NCBI GenBank assembly: GCA_040954595.2
Contig: CM082579.2
Location: 7,429,625-7,493,624, forward strand
Direction of reading: 5' to 3'
DNA: 64,000 nucleotides
DNA from: Balanoglossus misakiensis
Taxonomy: Eukaryota; Animalia; Hemichordata
The notes beneath the pieces were generated by a model. The model ran no database searches, had not been told where the DNA came from, and saw only the letters and a list, made by a program, of their open reading frames with translations. Positions 23,701-38,700 of the stretch are shown here, in pieces. Each line of letters begins with the position of its first letter. Within the stretch, counting starts at the first letter, position 1. A program made the position numbers and the translations under genes.

Positions 23701-26700
23701 CCAGTGTTTGAGACTGCCACTGCCAATGAGGCATCTAAAACTGATCTGATGAAATGCAAATGTTTAAAAATCCTCTTACAGGCTAGTCTGTGCGTGACGA
23801 GACATATTTTACATCCACAGTATATTATACAATCAATCACTTTGTTATACTTACAGGCCTCTTTGAATTCCTATGACAGGCAAAATGACCTTCATTATAC
23901 ACGTATACCTGTTCTGAAACTGCACAAGTGGCCTTTTTTCCCTTCTCTATGCCAAAAATATGCTTGCATGTATAAATTCACTAATGCAGCATATTCAAAA
24001 TCCAATAAACGTGGTATCAAGGGTACATTAAGGATGTCATTTTTCAGGAAAGCTGAAATCGTAATGTGTGCACTCTAAGACTTAAGAGATTTTTAATGGT
24101 ACTCTTTAATGGCCAAACAAGAAAAGCTTTCAACATTTTAGCTAGAAGACTTGCTGCAGACTTATTTTTATATTCTTGATTTTGAATCTCAGTATGTAAG
24201 TATATACATGTATGTATGTATGTGTGTGTGCGTGCGTGTGTGTGTCAGTTTTCTGCATTCATTAACTAAAGACCCCCGCAGAAGACTACCTCCTGATTTT
24301 GAAGGTCAGCGGGCGCGAAAGAAGCTCAACTCACCCTTCTCCTTCTCATTAATGTATGCGCTGACAAGATCATGGAGGAAGAGAATCAGTTCCACATCCA
24401 TGGCAACGCAGATGTGATCGGCAAACTGGGTCACAAAGGTCACGTCCACCGTGGGTTTCGGATCTGCGTCGAAGAATGAAAAACAAACGGCGTTAACACT
24501 TGGTGACACAGCCCACATGCTGCTGGTTGATGCAAAACACAGCTTAATTGCCACCAATAGAATTTTTCATTTTCCATGGATCTCCTTTTAACTGCAAAGA
24601 GAACTCTAGGGGGAATTTTCCCTAAGTATGTCAAACCATGTGAGGCTTCTAAAGTTTCACTGGGATTTCATTTCCGCATGTAGAGATAAGGGTCTGTTGT
24701 GAACAGCGAATTTATTACTCCAAAAATCTGGCTCCTGATAAAACAACAAATGACAGTTTTTACCTCAGAAATGTTTAGCAACCTAGATATGCACTGACTG
24801 ATAATATCTAACTGACATTTATGGCATAAATTGGCTAAAAATATTCTTTCCTTGTTGGTTATTTTCTCTAAGGATGCACATAGAAAGTGAGAGTTATGCC
24901 CTATTTCTCAAATTATATTTCAGACACTCAATTTCCAATTCCCTATTTTGGCATAAAATACAACAAACTGTAATTTTCTCGGATGACAGATTTGCTACGG
25001 AGTGAAAATTATGCCGCAGTTTCTTCTAATACCCCCAGGCTAGTGTAAAAGAGTGATTTATCACTTGTCTATGTTTCCCTGTGATTTACCTTGCATACAA
25101 AACAATGTGATCTCAAATCGGAACCTTGCGATACTTACATTGATCTCATATTCAAATAACTTCTAAATTGTTGATGACTGTTACTGATGAAGGCCTGAGC
25201 CCAAGATGTCCTATTGTTGTTATACAATCCTTCTAGGGATTTCCATTCACTGGTTTAACTTATCTGAATTTAATCTACTTACCATCTTCCGTTGGAGATG
25301 AGGATTTCTGGAGGTGGGCGGTTCTCATCTCCAGCTGGAGTTTTGGCAGAGCAAACAAAGTCTCGGAATCGTGGGTGTACTCTAGACTCTTTCTCCTTTT
25401 CATACTGGCTTCCAATTCAGGCCCTTCCTCCCTGTAGAAGAATTCCAACTCTAGTTGGAGGTAAGAAAAATAAACGTCATTAGAACTTTAGACCCAGACA
25501 AACCTCACAAGATTCACCATCTGTAACACGTTTTTTATTATTTTCATTCTGCCTAATGTTGGAGTTGCTGGGGCTTTAATATGGATGATTCTGCATCGTT
25601 TCCCACCTTCTGGTCCTGCTGTGGTACAGGCATAGTGAAACCACTCCTGAACGCTGCTGACAGAGGCTGGCGGATTGTGACGACTGCGGGATATTCGAGA
25701 AATGGTCGCCATGTATTTGTAGTTGGTCAGGTATTCGGCCCGCGTCGTCTGATTGTGGCCGAGGTTGAAGATCAGATCTTGGATAACGTTTGTGTCCAGT
25801 AATTCTGTTAATAAGCAGAAGGCAATGGATCACATTTCTGACCTGAATGTTGATGTGCACATTTTTGTGTTTATCTGTTACATGTACTTGGTATATTGAA
25901 GTCCAGCTTGTCATAGTCTAATGACTGCATTTATGTGGTGGTGTACTTTTTTTCTGTTGGCCACCAAAATGAATATCCGTGATTGCCCAGATCTGCATTT
26001 TCCATGGTATCTATGGCAACATTTGCATAGCTGACAGTCTACCTTTAAACAAACTCAAATCTTAAAGGCACAAAGAAGTTAATAGAAGGAATAACTTGAT
26101 ACCTTTGTCATCTGAAGGTATGTCCTGGGCTTCCGTTTCAAACAGAATTTCCGGCTCCCTCATGGTGAACAAAGCCCAGGATTTGGCGCGGAAGTTGACG
26201 CCGTGGAAACAGGCCAGCGATGCGTGGTTACCACGGAGACTCACATGACCCCCGAGAATGACAGGGTTGTCGGGGTAACTGGGTGACAGCTTGACCAATC
26301 GGATTTTGCTGATCAGCGATGCCACTCCCGGCCAGTGTCGGTGGTGACTTTTCACTATTTGGAATTTAAAAACACAAATCCTGAGTGACTATAGACACAG
26401 CTTTAATGCTTTAATTTATCAGAAACATATTACAGAAATTTCATGACTACCTTTTTCTTCAGATGTTTTTTCTTGACTGGAGGTACTTTCCCTTGCGCTG
26501 CGTCGTCCCGACGCCATTGGCTCCAGCGACGACAGTACTCTTTTGCTGTTGTTGAATTGTTGACTAAAGAACTCTTCCAACTTGCAGGTGATTTTGATCA
26601 GGTCTGGTGTTGTGGAGCGAGAGATCATCATTTGGAATTTGTCCCATTCCAGCTCGGCGTTTATGAAGACAGACATCGGTCTGAAGGGGGAAAAGGGGGA

Positions 26701-29700
26701 AGCAGAAAAGAATATTTACTTTTTTCTCAGAAAAAGCGCTCATATCATAATAATGATAACGTGTACATGCAGCTACAAGCAATTACTCTGATACAGACAA
26801 ATTAGCCATAAATCTGGCAGTGAGATTCCAGTCCAAGTCTACCATTCAATGCAGGCTACTTGTATGTAAACTGTCAACTTTTGAAGGCTGTGTTTCTGTG
26901 TAGTGCGCCCGTAGTCAACAAAACAGTGGACCTCTGTCTGGAGAGGATAAAACAATTCCACCCGGACTTGAGGGCGCTCTCATCGTGGACACCCCTGAAC
27001 AGCAAGTCACTTGAATGAACAAAGCAGACTATAGACCAAGCACAAATGCAAAATATGTCACAAATCTCAGACCACATCATAAAGCGTACCTGTTTGTGCT
27101 GACGACAGTGTCAATACCACTGTCCAGATTCAACTTCCACTCATCTCTACACACCACTTCCAGTAATTTCAGTCTTGCCATCAGAACGCTGGATCCCATG
27201 TAGTCAATCCTGACCTCCGTCTTCACCATTTTGGCTCCAGCTTTGTGCTGTGGTTCTTTGCCCGGCTGCTCCAAGATGTGTACTGGAAACAATCATATCA
27301 TTTTTGTTGTCAATTTCAATAATGTCATACATTATATCCTGTGCACCAACCCTACTTCTTCAAAATGGTGATAATCACAGTTCTGTCGACTTTGTGATGG
27401 TAAATTTTTTATATCAATGTCAACATAAGCCAAATCAATAACATTGTTTAGCCATAGAAAGTTGTTCTTACAGAAGGTATTAATGTCTTGCAACTCGATG
27501 AGACCACCTATGACACCTCCCTTGGCATCCAATGAAGAGCTCCCAAGGCCGGCTGATATTTTCAGGTCTCTGAATCCCGTGCTGTCGATGGAGAGTCTGC
27601 CTTGACTCTTCAAGCCTTGAGTTGACCACCTAGCCGAGAAGAGATTGATAAATGGAGACAGGGAGTGGTTGTTTTAATGGACAAAAATGATGTAGAAATG
27701 GTTTTCAGTAGTGATGAGGACAGTTTGTACATCCTCAAGCTTTATATATTTTTGTTACTGACAAATCTTGCAGCTGATTTTGATCCTTCACAGCTGCTCA
27801 GCTGAGAGGAATTTTGCAACTATCATCTTACGTTGTGTTGCCCATGACATTGCTCATGTTCATCTGCACGTCCAGCTGCGTCAGGTTGACGGCAAAGAGC
27901 AGCGTTGTCTCCCACTGTGAAGGGGTCTTCCCAGCCTGAGATCCAGGGGTGGAAGTCTTCAATCTCCTCTTTAAGCCATCCTCGTCTTCCGTATCAGACG
28001 TCAGGATTCGCACGGATGGTGGGCCTAGATTGGGAATTAAAGAAGGAAAATTAAGTTCTGCACGTGGATAGAATCTGAACATCAGCTGCTCTATGGCACA
28101 GCACACTGGTTGTGGCTGGCAGGTAATCATTAAAGGGACTCAGTCACTGTTTTTGATTAATATTGGTTTTTTTTGTATGAGAAATTAACTGTAGTGTTTT
28201 GCTTTGTTGACACAGGGAGCATATTGCTTGTTGGAGGTCTCCTTACTCCATGCATTTTAAGCTGTATGAATACTTTGATAGCATCAAAGTTCCCACCAGA
28301 AATTGTATTCATATATAACTAGAGTAACAGTATGTTTAGCAAACGTTAACAAGCAAACGAACAACACAACTTCCTCCAAAGACCCAAATAAATGAAGCCA
28401 GTTGACAACAACTTTGTCCCTGTAATATTCCCTCCAGTTGGTGTCTGAAGGAACAGTGAGTGTAGCAATGGAAATAGGAACGGAATATGATACTCTTTAA
28501 AACTGGAAATGTATATATTGTGTGTGTGATCTGTGACAGTGGAGTTATCGGGTGTGTTGATAATGGTCACTGCTGCACCCTGAAATCTTAATACATGTAA
28601 GATTTTTAATAGTCTGAAATTTCAGGGCTGTTCAATGAGAGTACAAAATACTATCTCGTGATAACGCTTTACTACATGTAATGATCACAGGCTCCATAAT
28701 TCACAGTAAGTTCTGTGATGTTGCCAACAAAATGTTGAAGGCATCTGCTGTTTATAATGTTCACACACACATTCTTTTACTTAGTTTGCATTGAAATGTG
28801 ATGTTGTGCATTGCTGTTGAGACAAAGACTGTTGCATGTTGGGAACTACGGTACCTTTACAATCCCATCAGTAGGATCATAGAGCGCCACCTAGTGGCAA
28901 ATCTTTCACTATGATGCATGTATTTAAATGACTGATATGATGTTTCATGTTATGCTATGTAATGTTATATTGTGAAGGTGCGATTTAGATGTTTTCTGGT
29001 TTAATTTCTATCGTGAATATACAAACTGCCCATTTTATCAGAAGATAAAAAGAATGCAATTAGTTTATGATGAGTATCTAAGACACTCGAATTATCTATG
29101 ACTTTTACATGAGCGAGATGGAATGGACATTAAATGCATTCATTTTCTTTCCCACTGAAATGGTCTACCTTTCCGCATAGACTGGAGTTTTTGTCTGAGA
29201 ATACTGCGCAGAGCATCAGGACTAAACCAAGTGGAAGTGCTAGAATCTGAATCCGCGTCAGAGTCTGGACTGTCTTTATCACTATAAAGCACGTGTATTC
29301 GTCTAAGGAAATTATTTAAGCTAGGTAGCAAGCCTGAAGAAGGGAGAAAACACAAGATAGAATGCATGCACGGTTGTTAATTATGGGTTAGTCATGCAGA
29401 ATTGCAGTAGTTAAAAGTACCTATGCACCATGCAGTATCTTACCATGGGGTAAGAGTAACAAATTAATTCCATTGAAAGTAAAGAAGCATTAAGCAGTTA
29501 ACACTTGTAGTCTTCACAAGGACATGCAAACACACACATACATTAATATAACTATAGGTCTTTGAATGCTTTGTGTATTTTCTCTCTGCATAATTTCTTA
29601 TCTGCCAATACAATCAGTACAGGTATACTATGACTATATTGCAACATGTAAGTATGTCTCTCTCTACAGGTAAGCACCAATAATATCGGCGTGTCTGTTG

Positions 29701-32700
29701 GCAATCTATTTGTACATTGACATCTGTGCACAAACTTCATACTCACTTCATTGTTAGCTTATTGTATCTCTGGATTTGTCACAATGTGTATAAATCTCTA
29801 AAATTGTGTATCTGTCTATTTATTTATAAGTCTGTCTGTCAATCTGTTTCCATATGTCAATCTGCCTATTTGTCTGTCTATATGTGTGGCCATCTGTCTA
29901 TCTGTCTGTCAACCTATCTATTTGTCTATCCCTTTGAAAACCTGTTTGTCTGTTTCATCTTAAAACTCACTCGATGCTGTATAGGTTCTCTTCCTGTGCC
30001 CTTCATCACTTGCAGGTCTCAGCAGTCGCCTGTCTTCCGTGGGCGATGGATGCGGAGCAGCTGGGAATGGCTTGGCTGTTCCGCTCGTCGGGGTCAGCCC
30101 AGTGGGTGTCACACTGCTGGAACTGTCGTGTCTACGAGACGCCTTGGCACTTCTGGGGGAGGGAGGCTTCAATGGCAAGGTGGGTACAGCAATTTTGTGG
30201 TGCAGAGATCTGTCTCTCAGTTTGGTTGGTGAGATGTCCTCTGACACTGATAACTCCATGGATGAGGAACTGAACGATTCTGTACGACAAACCAAAAATT
30301 GAAAAAATTACATAGAAATCATGGTTCCTTATAGCTTTCACATCCATGAACAGCTTGATCAATGAGTCTGTGTCTCAGTCTAATTCATCACACTGTCTGA
30401 AACGGTAATCTTTGGATGATTTTCTCATGCCAGTGTATACATAAATACTGCTGTTTACTTTGCCTGCAAATGTTCCTGCCAAGGCACTTAGCATTTGCAA
30501 AAGTTAGGAACATTGCTGTGTATGGCTGTAAAATTTCTTTGTAAATTCAGTGTAATAATAACACTTTCATTCCAGAAGTAAAATAAAGTGCCTACCAGAA
30601 CTGGAATCATCCGAGTATACCAGGTGAGTGCTGTCGTCACCCAGGAAAAGACGCCTGGCAATACTGCGGCGATACCAGGCTTTTGGGAATGCCAGGATTT
30701 CTGTGAGTCTTCGCATATCATATTTGAAGGAAGCTGAACCGATGTCACATACGACTGAAGAGGAAAAGGATTTAATGTCTTTGATTATTGGAGGTTTTCA
30801 AGAACTGAGAATTATTATGTTCCTTTGGCCTTTTCATCTTGTTTTATTGTGTTCAGAGAAACTTGTTTGAATCAGACATCAAAGGAATGAGAAAGCAGTT
30901 GTTTTCTAAGGCTGAAAGGTGTTTGGTTTACACTTCATATAATATTGTGTTCTGTGTAAAGAGAATTTGGAAAGATGTTTTTTTTTCATTTCAGACATGC
31001 AATATCCATTTGGGTTACCACACAACTTAAAAACTGAAATGAGACCTTAAATGCTGAAATAACCTGAGAAATTACAAATGCAACTCACTTGAAAACTTGA
31101 TGTGGGAAGGTCCAGTTGCCTGCACTTGTCTGCTGTGTTGAGACGACTGGGAAGAAGGTGTCGACATGTTGGAGGCATAGGATTCATGGAAACGCCCACT
31201 GCCACTGCTGCCACCCAGGACATCCGTGGAAACGGTGGACACAGGCATCCCTCGTCGACTCCGCGACAAATTCACTCGCACAAACTCCACGTTCAAACTG
31301 AGAGAATCTTTCCTTCCGAATGATGTGCTTGGAATATCTGCCAGGCCTGCAGTAAATACGGGAAAAATACTCAAGTTGGCAAGTCCTACATAATACATGG
31401 GAGATATCAACGTCTTTTTCTCACGCAGACTTCTAGTTTTCTTTCCAATAGTGACACAGTCAACATCAGGGTGGTTCAAAGGACCACTGAAGGCTTCAGT
31501 GAGACCACACCAGTGGCATGAGAACTTACCCATGTCAAACTGGCTCTGCTTCTTGGCGTGGGCGCCGCCGTACGGATGGAAGATGAAGAGCGAAAACTCC
31601 GACAGGCAGGCGGTGAAAGAGATGCCGCCCTCTTTACAGTTGGCAGTGAGTACAGAGCCACCCGTGGAAGAACCACCATCGGATCCTCCTGTGCCAGAGC
31701 GCGACCGTGTACCACTCGGAGTGCGCATGCGACTTGACCCCGACATGCCTCTGAACACTGCTGTGTGCATTATGGAAAAAGTCAAATATTAATTGTGATG
31801 TCATTGCAGTGCACAAATCACTCAAATGATGAGCATTCTAGAGTGCTTTTAAACATCATAATTCTGTTGTTGATTGTACGAAACAAAGTCCCCATCTTTC
31901 AACATTATTTTGGATGTGGCCAGAGGTGCAATATTTTTTTTGGCTGACAGAGAAATCAACTCTGCGACAACCAGACATGCCATGTGGGTTAAATCGAAAT
32001 ACTTACATTTCAGTTTACTCTGCGAGCTGTCGCTTGCAACCGCCGCGACGTCGCTGGCCTTCCTGGAGGACAAGGACAGATCCAGACTTGGCAACTTCAG
32101 CAGACATTCCACTCTGGATGTCGGCAGACAGCTGAATCTGATCAGCGATGGCTGCACGCACAGATACATCACCACATCGACCGGGAACGTGGCATAATCA
32201 GTGGTCGACGATGACACCAGCGATGTCGCCGATGCCTCCAGGTCAACTCCAAAGACGTTTCCGACGGCCGGATCTGTCCCTTCTGCCTTTCCCGAGGAAG
32301 ACAGCGTCAACGGGATGGTTTCCAAGCACTGTTCCAGGAAATCCAATAGGAATGGACTTATGACAATTTCCTGGAAAATTCACCAAAATAAAGAAACATA
32401 AGTCAATTTTTTTCCTGTCAGTTTGAGTATACTAAACACAAAGTGTCATTGAAGACTTAGCTGCTGCCATTAAGAGTAAGACATGAGTTTTACAATTATC
32501 ACATTAAGCCAGCTATATGTATATTGTCCTGTTTATGAATGAAAATTACCAAAATGTGAATGAATGACCCATCATTAACAATGACATAAACAAGGCACAA
32601 AGTCATCACATAGTCCACCATAAATCCAAAAGACAAGTCGGGCAGAAATTTAACCCTTTCACTTGTTTCCCTCTGTAGAGGTCCAATCACAGAAAACAAT

Positions 32701-35700
32701 GGATTTGGACCAAACCATTGTGGTGAAAGGGTTAAATAGATGCACCAATCATCACTTTCTCACCTCTGGTGGCGTCTGAAGCAGCACCCAAGAGTACAGA
32801 GTGGCTCTCTTGATTGTGGTCGATTTCTTACTGGTTCCAGAACCGCTGTCAGCCGCACTGGCTGTATCAGCCCCTGGGTGATTGGTGTCCGAGTCACTGC
32901 TCACCTGGGAACTGTACGACGGCACTTTGGCCATGGCCGAATCAGATGGATAGTTTTTGGAGTTGTAGTGAGCCTATAGGAAAAAGGGATAAAAAGTTGG
33001 CTGTGGGCATTTCCAAGATAATGTGATGAAAATGTGCTTGACTTTTATGAGATCAAATAAAGCCGTGAAGGAGTGGCATGTTTCAACATCTAACTACAGT
33101 CTGTTGCTAAATCTTGTTTTTATCATAAACTTGGGGTTTTGAAGTTTACTGTAGAAAAAAAACATGTATGCACACAATTAGATAACAGCACAAGTAAAAC
33201 GAGAACAATGAATTTTACCTTTACATCCAGTGCAGGTAATAAGAAGACAGTGATTTCAGACAGAGAAGCACTTTGGAATATTGGTTTTAGACTGCCAGCA
33301 ACGTTCGGTACGGATGCTTTCTGTTTAGAGGACTTCTTCTTGGGTGGTGTTGTGACTTCATTGATGATGCTGACTTTGGAATACTTCGCTCTACAATGTT
33401 GAGGGAAAAAATACAAAAATAAAACATGGAATATAATGATTGTTTTACTGATAGCACTTGAAAACTCAACTACTGGTAGTTTCAAGGATTTCATTTTTCA
33501 AGAATTCAAAGGATTTCCACAAGTACACAATGTAGTTTAAAACTGTCAAATATTCAAGAGTCTTTCCAGGAGCACATGAACACTGCAAAAAGAAGACATC
33601 CACCAAATTTTTTTCCTGACCTCGCTTTGGGATGCTGGTCTTCCTCCGGGGCACTCTCGGACGAGTTGGGATGCAGCACCAACTTTCCGCTGTCCACATA
33701 CACCTGCACGTCCAGTTCAAAGTCGACGTTTGTCTCCTGCTTGGGCGGCACTTTCGGGGAGGGAGAGCTGGCACTCGCGGTCGACTGTGTCGGTTTGGGA
33801 AAACCTGCTAAGGGGGTCACATTCCTGTCTGTGCTTATCATGGGTTTTCTTGGATCAACATTCCCGGACTGCTTCTTAGGAGGATATCTGGAACTGGCAA
33901 AAAAAGTGGTGACTTTAGTAAAATTATTTTCTGTATACGTTTAAACCACGATAAAATTAAAGTGAAGAACTGTTTCGATTTATGCTTGATTCGTATACAA
34001 AAATTCAACACACTTGACACAATATACATTTGCTGCACTCCTTTTTGGGTAATTCTGAATTCTGTTTCATGAAAAACAGAAAAATTAAAAGAAAAAAAGT
34101 ACTGTAGGTTACCTTTTTGCTTGTTCGAGGTATGCAGTTTCGATTTCATCACTGGAGTCTGTGTCCATGTCCCACATGTCTGGCAAGGACGCCTGCTTAC
34201 TGGGCATCCTCGGGCTGGTCTGCATGTGTGAGCTGATGTAGAGTGGATCGTCCACGGTCGCGTTGAACAGAACGCTGTCATCGCCGAGGTCGTTGTCGGC
34301 ATCGTCGAAGCTTTGCGACTGCATGGTCGCTGACAGCGGTGGTCCCGTGTGGAAAGAGACTCGGGAGTCTATGTAGCTGGTGCCGTCCGATCGGGCCCTG
34401 TTGTGCTTCATGGGAAGGCTTGCCAATTCCTCGTTGTATTCCGCCAACACGTTGGGATCCAGGTGACCTTTCCTCTTACCCTTGCCGTGGTCTTTGTGCG
34501 GATGCGAGATGGACCTCGACCGATGGTGGGTCGCCGGTCGGTAACCCGGCACAAACCGATCTCGGATAGAGGTCGCCTTGGCACTCTGTCGACGGAGTTT
34601 CTTCCTGACGTCTCTTCGGAAGTCCTTGAAGACGGCCGCCTCCAGCTCTTGCAATCGCTTGAGCTCCTCTTCGATGGTGACGCTGCTGGCTCCGAGGTCT
34701 CGGAGATCCTTCACCACCTTGGCTTGTTCGTTCATCTCCTTCTCTATCATCAATGCCCGGTGCTTGGGATCTAGGTCAGGATACTGGCTCTTGACAGACA
34801 CCCCCGGGGTAGGCGGCACTGGTTTGGCCAGCATGGGGATGTCCTCTGTACTGGATGTGAAGACGTGATCGTCGTGATGCTCCATCACGGAGGTCAAGTC
34901 GGCAATGTCGTCGTCTTCGGCGTATCCCGTGAACGCGGTCAGAGTGCTGAAGAGAGCGGACAGGCGGTGGCCGATGTTGGTGTCCAGGTGTATGTCTATG
35001 CCCTCCATCTTCCACAGGACGCTGAGTATCCAGGTGCCGGCAGCCGGCAGGTTCTCCGCTATCTTCCTCTTCCTGGTGGTCCGGGAGCAGACCTCGTACG
35101 TCCCCTCCGGCACCGTGCAAGCATTCATGATGATCTCCAGATTGTGGTCCGGCTTCCAATCGTCGAGCGACGTCTCAAAGTCGTCCGCGAACCTCAGGCA
35201 GAAACCCTTGAAGACCCCCTTGCTGACAAGAGAGCCCGAGGAGCAAGCGGTGATCAGGGAGCTCTCCAGCGTGAGGACGAGTGCCGAACCGTGCTCGTCC
35301 AGGAGTTTGCTGCTGGGGGTCACTGCCTGGAGAGCCGGGTTCATGGGCATGCAGATGCCAAGGTCGTCAACGGTCAACTGCAGGAAGAGAGTCGTGCCGA
35401 GAGCTTTCGGATCTGGCTGTGGAAGGTGAGGCAGGCGATCGAACACGGCCTGTGTGGCCGTCTGTACTTCCTTGTTCAAGATGATCTGTTCATGCCAGTT
35501 CTCATAGGCATTTTTGTAGTTGAGATATATGAGAACAGCCTTGTCGAATGCGGTTGGCTGAACATAGACAAGGGGCCTCTTCAGCGAAATCAACAATGCT
35601 TCTTTATCCTCCTCAGTAGAACTGATCTCGTCTTGCAGAGCGTTACGGAGACCGATGCGAGTCTTGAAGTAAGCCATCTGCTGAAACTCTGGCTCCGCTT

Positions 35701-38700
35701 CTTCAAACACCTGATTCCTGACAAGCTCGCCGAGGGCCAAGTTCAAATCCACTTGTGCTTTGCCAAAGAGTTTCAGGTTGCTGTTGGATCTTTGGAGACC
35801 TGTCGCCACCGAGCTCTGGATTCTGTTTGAGAGTTCTAGTTCGATGGCGCCTGTCTCGAATCTGACAGCACTGGACGCCGGTGTTGTGGCCGTGACTTGG
35901 ATCCCTTCCAGCTTGAAGTGCAGCGAGAACAAGACAGGCTTACTCTTGTCGTCGCTGAGCGGTTTACCATGCTCGGTCCACAGAGGTACGGGTTTGTCTT
36001 CTTCAGCCATTTTCTGCACGACTTCTTCCACTTCCTTCAAGAAAACCTTCTGGACAAAGATCAGGTGGTTGAGCAGATCCGTCGTGAGGCTGTGTTCAAA
36101 TGAGCCAACCTTGGCAACGGCGTCCAAGTAGCTGCCGTATCTGATGACCGGTTTTCCGGGAAAACTGAAGGAATTCTCATGGGCTTGTGGGTCCTCGGAG
36201 TTGTACTGTCCCTCGAATTCAATCTGCGGGAAGTCTATCGTGGCCGAAGATGGAAAGTTTGGTTCGTAGATGTTCACCTTGGAGGAGAAGCTGAGGGAGT
36301 GGTTGGGGAGCAACAGAGAAAAGTGCGCCTCGTCACCGGTGATGCCTGTGCTGAAGATGTGGCCGACTTTGTAGTGGGCCCGCAACGATGGCAGCAGAGC
36401 AGCCCCTATGTTGATGTTGTTTATCCGAATCTTGAACGTCATTTTGGTCGGCTTGGTCAGGGTGTGGGCAGGGAGATGCGGCAGTTCTGTGGTCGGCGTG
36501 ATGTCGTCTTTGGGTTTCGACTGCGGCGTGGTCGCCGCTGCGGCTGGTTGAGACGGCGCTGCTCCGTCCACTACATCCTCTGGAGCGGTCGCTGTTGGCC
36601 TTTTCAGTTGTTGGATCTGCGTCGACAGTTTCTTCGTGGTCCTGGCCACCATGCCGTGGAGGATAGCCGGGTGCTGGGGAATATCTATGTTGATAGCACC
36701 AACAGACAACACAGATGCCGCCTTCTGGAAGGACTTGCCGCTGCTGGCTGAGTACAGACCCATGGACGTGGCAATATTGACGTTAACTATAGTCTTTGTG
36801 TCTAACTGAGATCTCTCTAACAGAACAACAATGGCTCTTGTGAGGCAAACCGAGGCAGATGATTCCATCGACCTTCTGCGGGAAGCTCCCTTCCTCTTCA
36901 CCTTGTGGGTTACGCTAGCATGCACTTTCCTAAGTTCTGCCTCCAGGGTAAGCCCACCGAGGCTGGCTAGCAGCTTCGTCTTTTGAACCATGGCAACAGC
37001 GAATACGTGGAGATGCGTGTGCTCCTTCACCCCGGAAACCGTCATCGCTCGCTGCTGTCTGCCTGGAGAAGGAAGCTGGCCCTCGGCTGTGTTCGGGTCT
37101 CTGTCGTCTGGCTCAATATCGATGCGATGTTCATCCACTCCTTGGTCTTCGAGCTCATCTCCGGAGCTTCCCATACCTTCCACAGTCATCTGCTCGTCCG
37201 TCTTGTTGCCTCCCCCATCAAGGAAGAACAAGGGATTCACAAAGACGTTCTGCGGGCTGTAGGTGGCGGGATCGGGCATGGTAGAATACAGGTCCAACAG
37301 ATGGTACATGGTCTGCCAGCATTTGGGAATGGTGTCGCTGCCTTGTTCGGACATGTCACTGTCGGTCGTCGTGCTCCTCATGGACACGGACATGCTGGGC
37401 TGTCTGGTGTGGCTTATCTGGCTGACCTTCCTGTCCTGTCTGATCGACAGCTGTCTCCTGCGGGACGCGTGTTTCCGTCCACTCTTGTACTTCACACTGC
37501 CCGACATTGCACTGGCCGTGTACCGGTTCAGCTTCAAGTCCGTTCTGGTCTGTTTGACGTTGCTCACCATGGCCAGCACCTGAGTCACTAACCTCAGAAG
37601 CGGCATGTTGATGTGCTGGGTCATACTCTTGACATTCAGCAGGACATGCGCCTCTATGGTAGGTCGCTCTATGTCTTCTTCTGTGGGCAAGAGCGGTGAT
37701 TTCTGAGGGCTTTTCTGCTCGGACTTTGACTCATCCTCGTGAAACACATCTCTCACCATAGCCTCGATGACAAAATCTTCACAAATGAAAGCTGGCTGTT
37801 CGGTAAGACTCCTGTTCGACATCGCCCCTCTCTTCAATTTATGTTTCATACCATACTTGGGATTGCTTGGCTCCTTCGGAACATCGGTCTCCACAATATC
37901 AACTTTGACGCACTGCAGTTTAGAAGCTATCGATATGTCCCCGTACTTTTCACTCATCTTTGACGGCTCCAACCCAGTTGTCACTTTCACTCCCATGTTG
38001 GTCAGCAGCGGCTTGAACAAGATCTGGGCATCTGCCAACTGAACTGCATGGGGCGAAATGGGCAGCTTTGCCGCAGAAAAGGGAAGGAATTCCTCCTCTT
38101 TCAGGGATTTCGAACTAGTCAGTGTTGTGACGTTGGACTCCAGACCCTGCACCATGACAGATGGGTAGTTAGCGTCAAACGGATTAGGGGCCCTGTACAT
38201 TGGATTGACCACGGCATCTGTGAGGTGGCCCAGACTGGCAGCACTGCCTTTAGTTTGCTGCCAGTAATGTAAGTTGGGATCCAGTGAATCTGTCATTGAG
38301 GTGGTTGTCTGTTTCACTTTGAGCGGCGTCCCGATGACACTTGGAATGGTAGGATCCATGCTACCGCCACTGGCAGACAAACTCACGTTGCTTTCCTTCC
38401 TGGTGTACGCCGCTGCAGGCGGTGCATTGTACAGAAGTACGTTTGACGAATGAAGGGAACCAGCATTCGTTGACTGTAACCGGCCCGGGGAATCAGATAT
38501 TGCCTCTCTGTACACTGGGCCGATTCCAGACACAGTCTTCCCCCTTGTGGCAAATTCCTCGTACGTTATCTTGTACTCCGGTTTGTCTATGGAAGGCGGT
38601 ATCTGCAAATTGCTCTGCGGTAGCGAGCTTCGGGGACCGAGCTGACCAGACGCAAGGGGGTCATTCTCCAGAGTGCTGTACTTGCTCAACAAAGCAGTCT

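Noticed and set aside
26962-26994. Possible 33-nt in-frame BLTP1 microexon (GVHDESALKS)
   Set aside because: The phase fits but the donor (gg|gtggaa) is weak, so it could be chance.
28346-28444. Good acceptor (ttccttcag) followed by a short open frame in a BLTP1 intron
   Set aside because: No credible donor before the frame closes.
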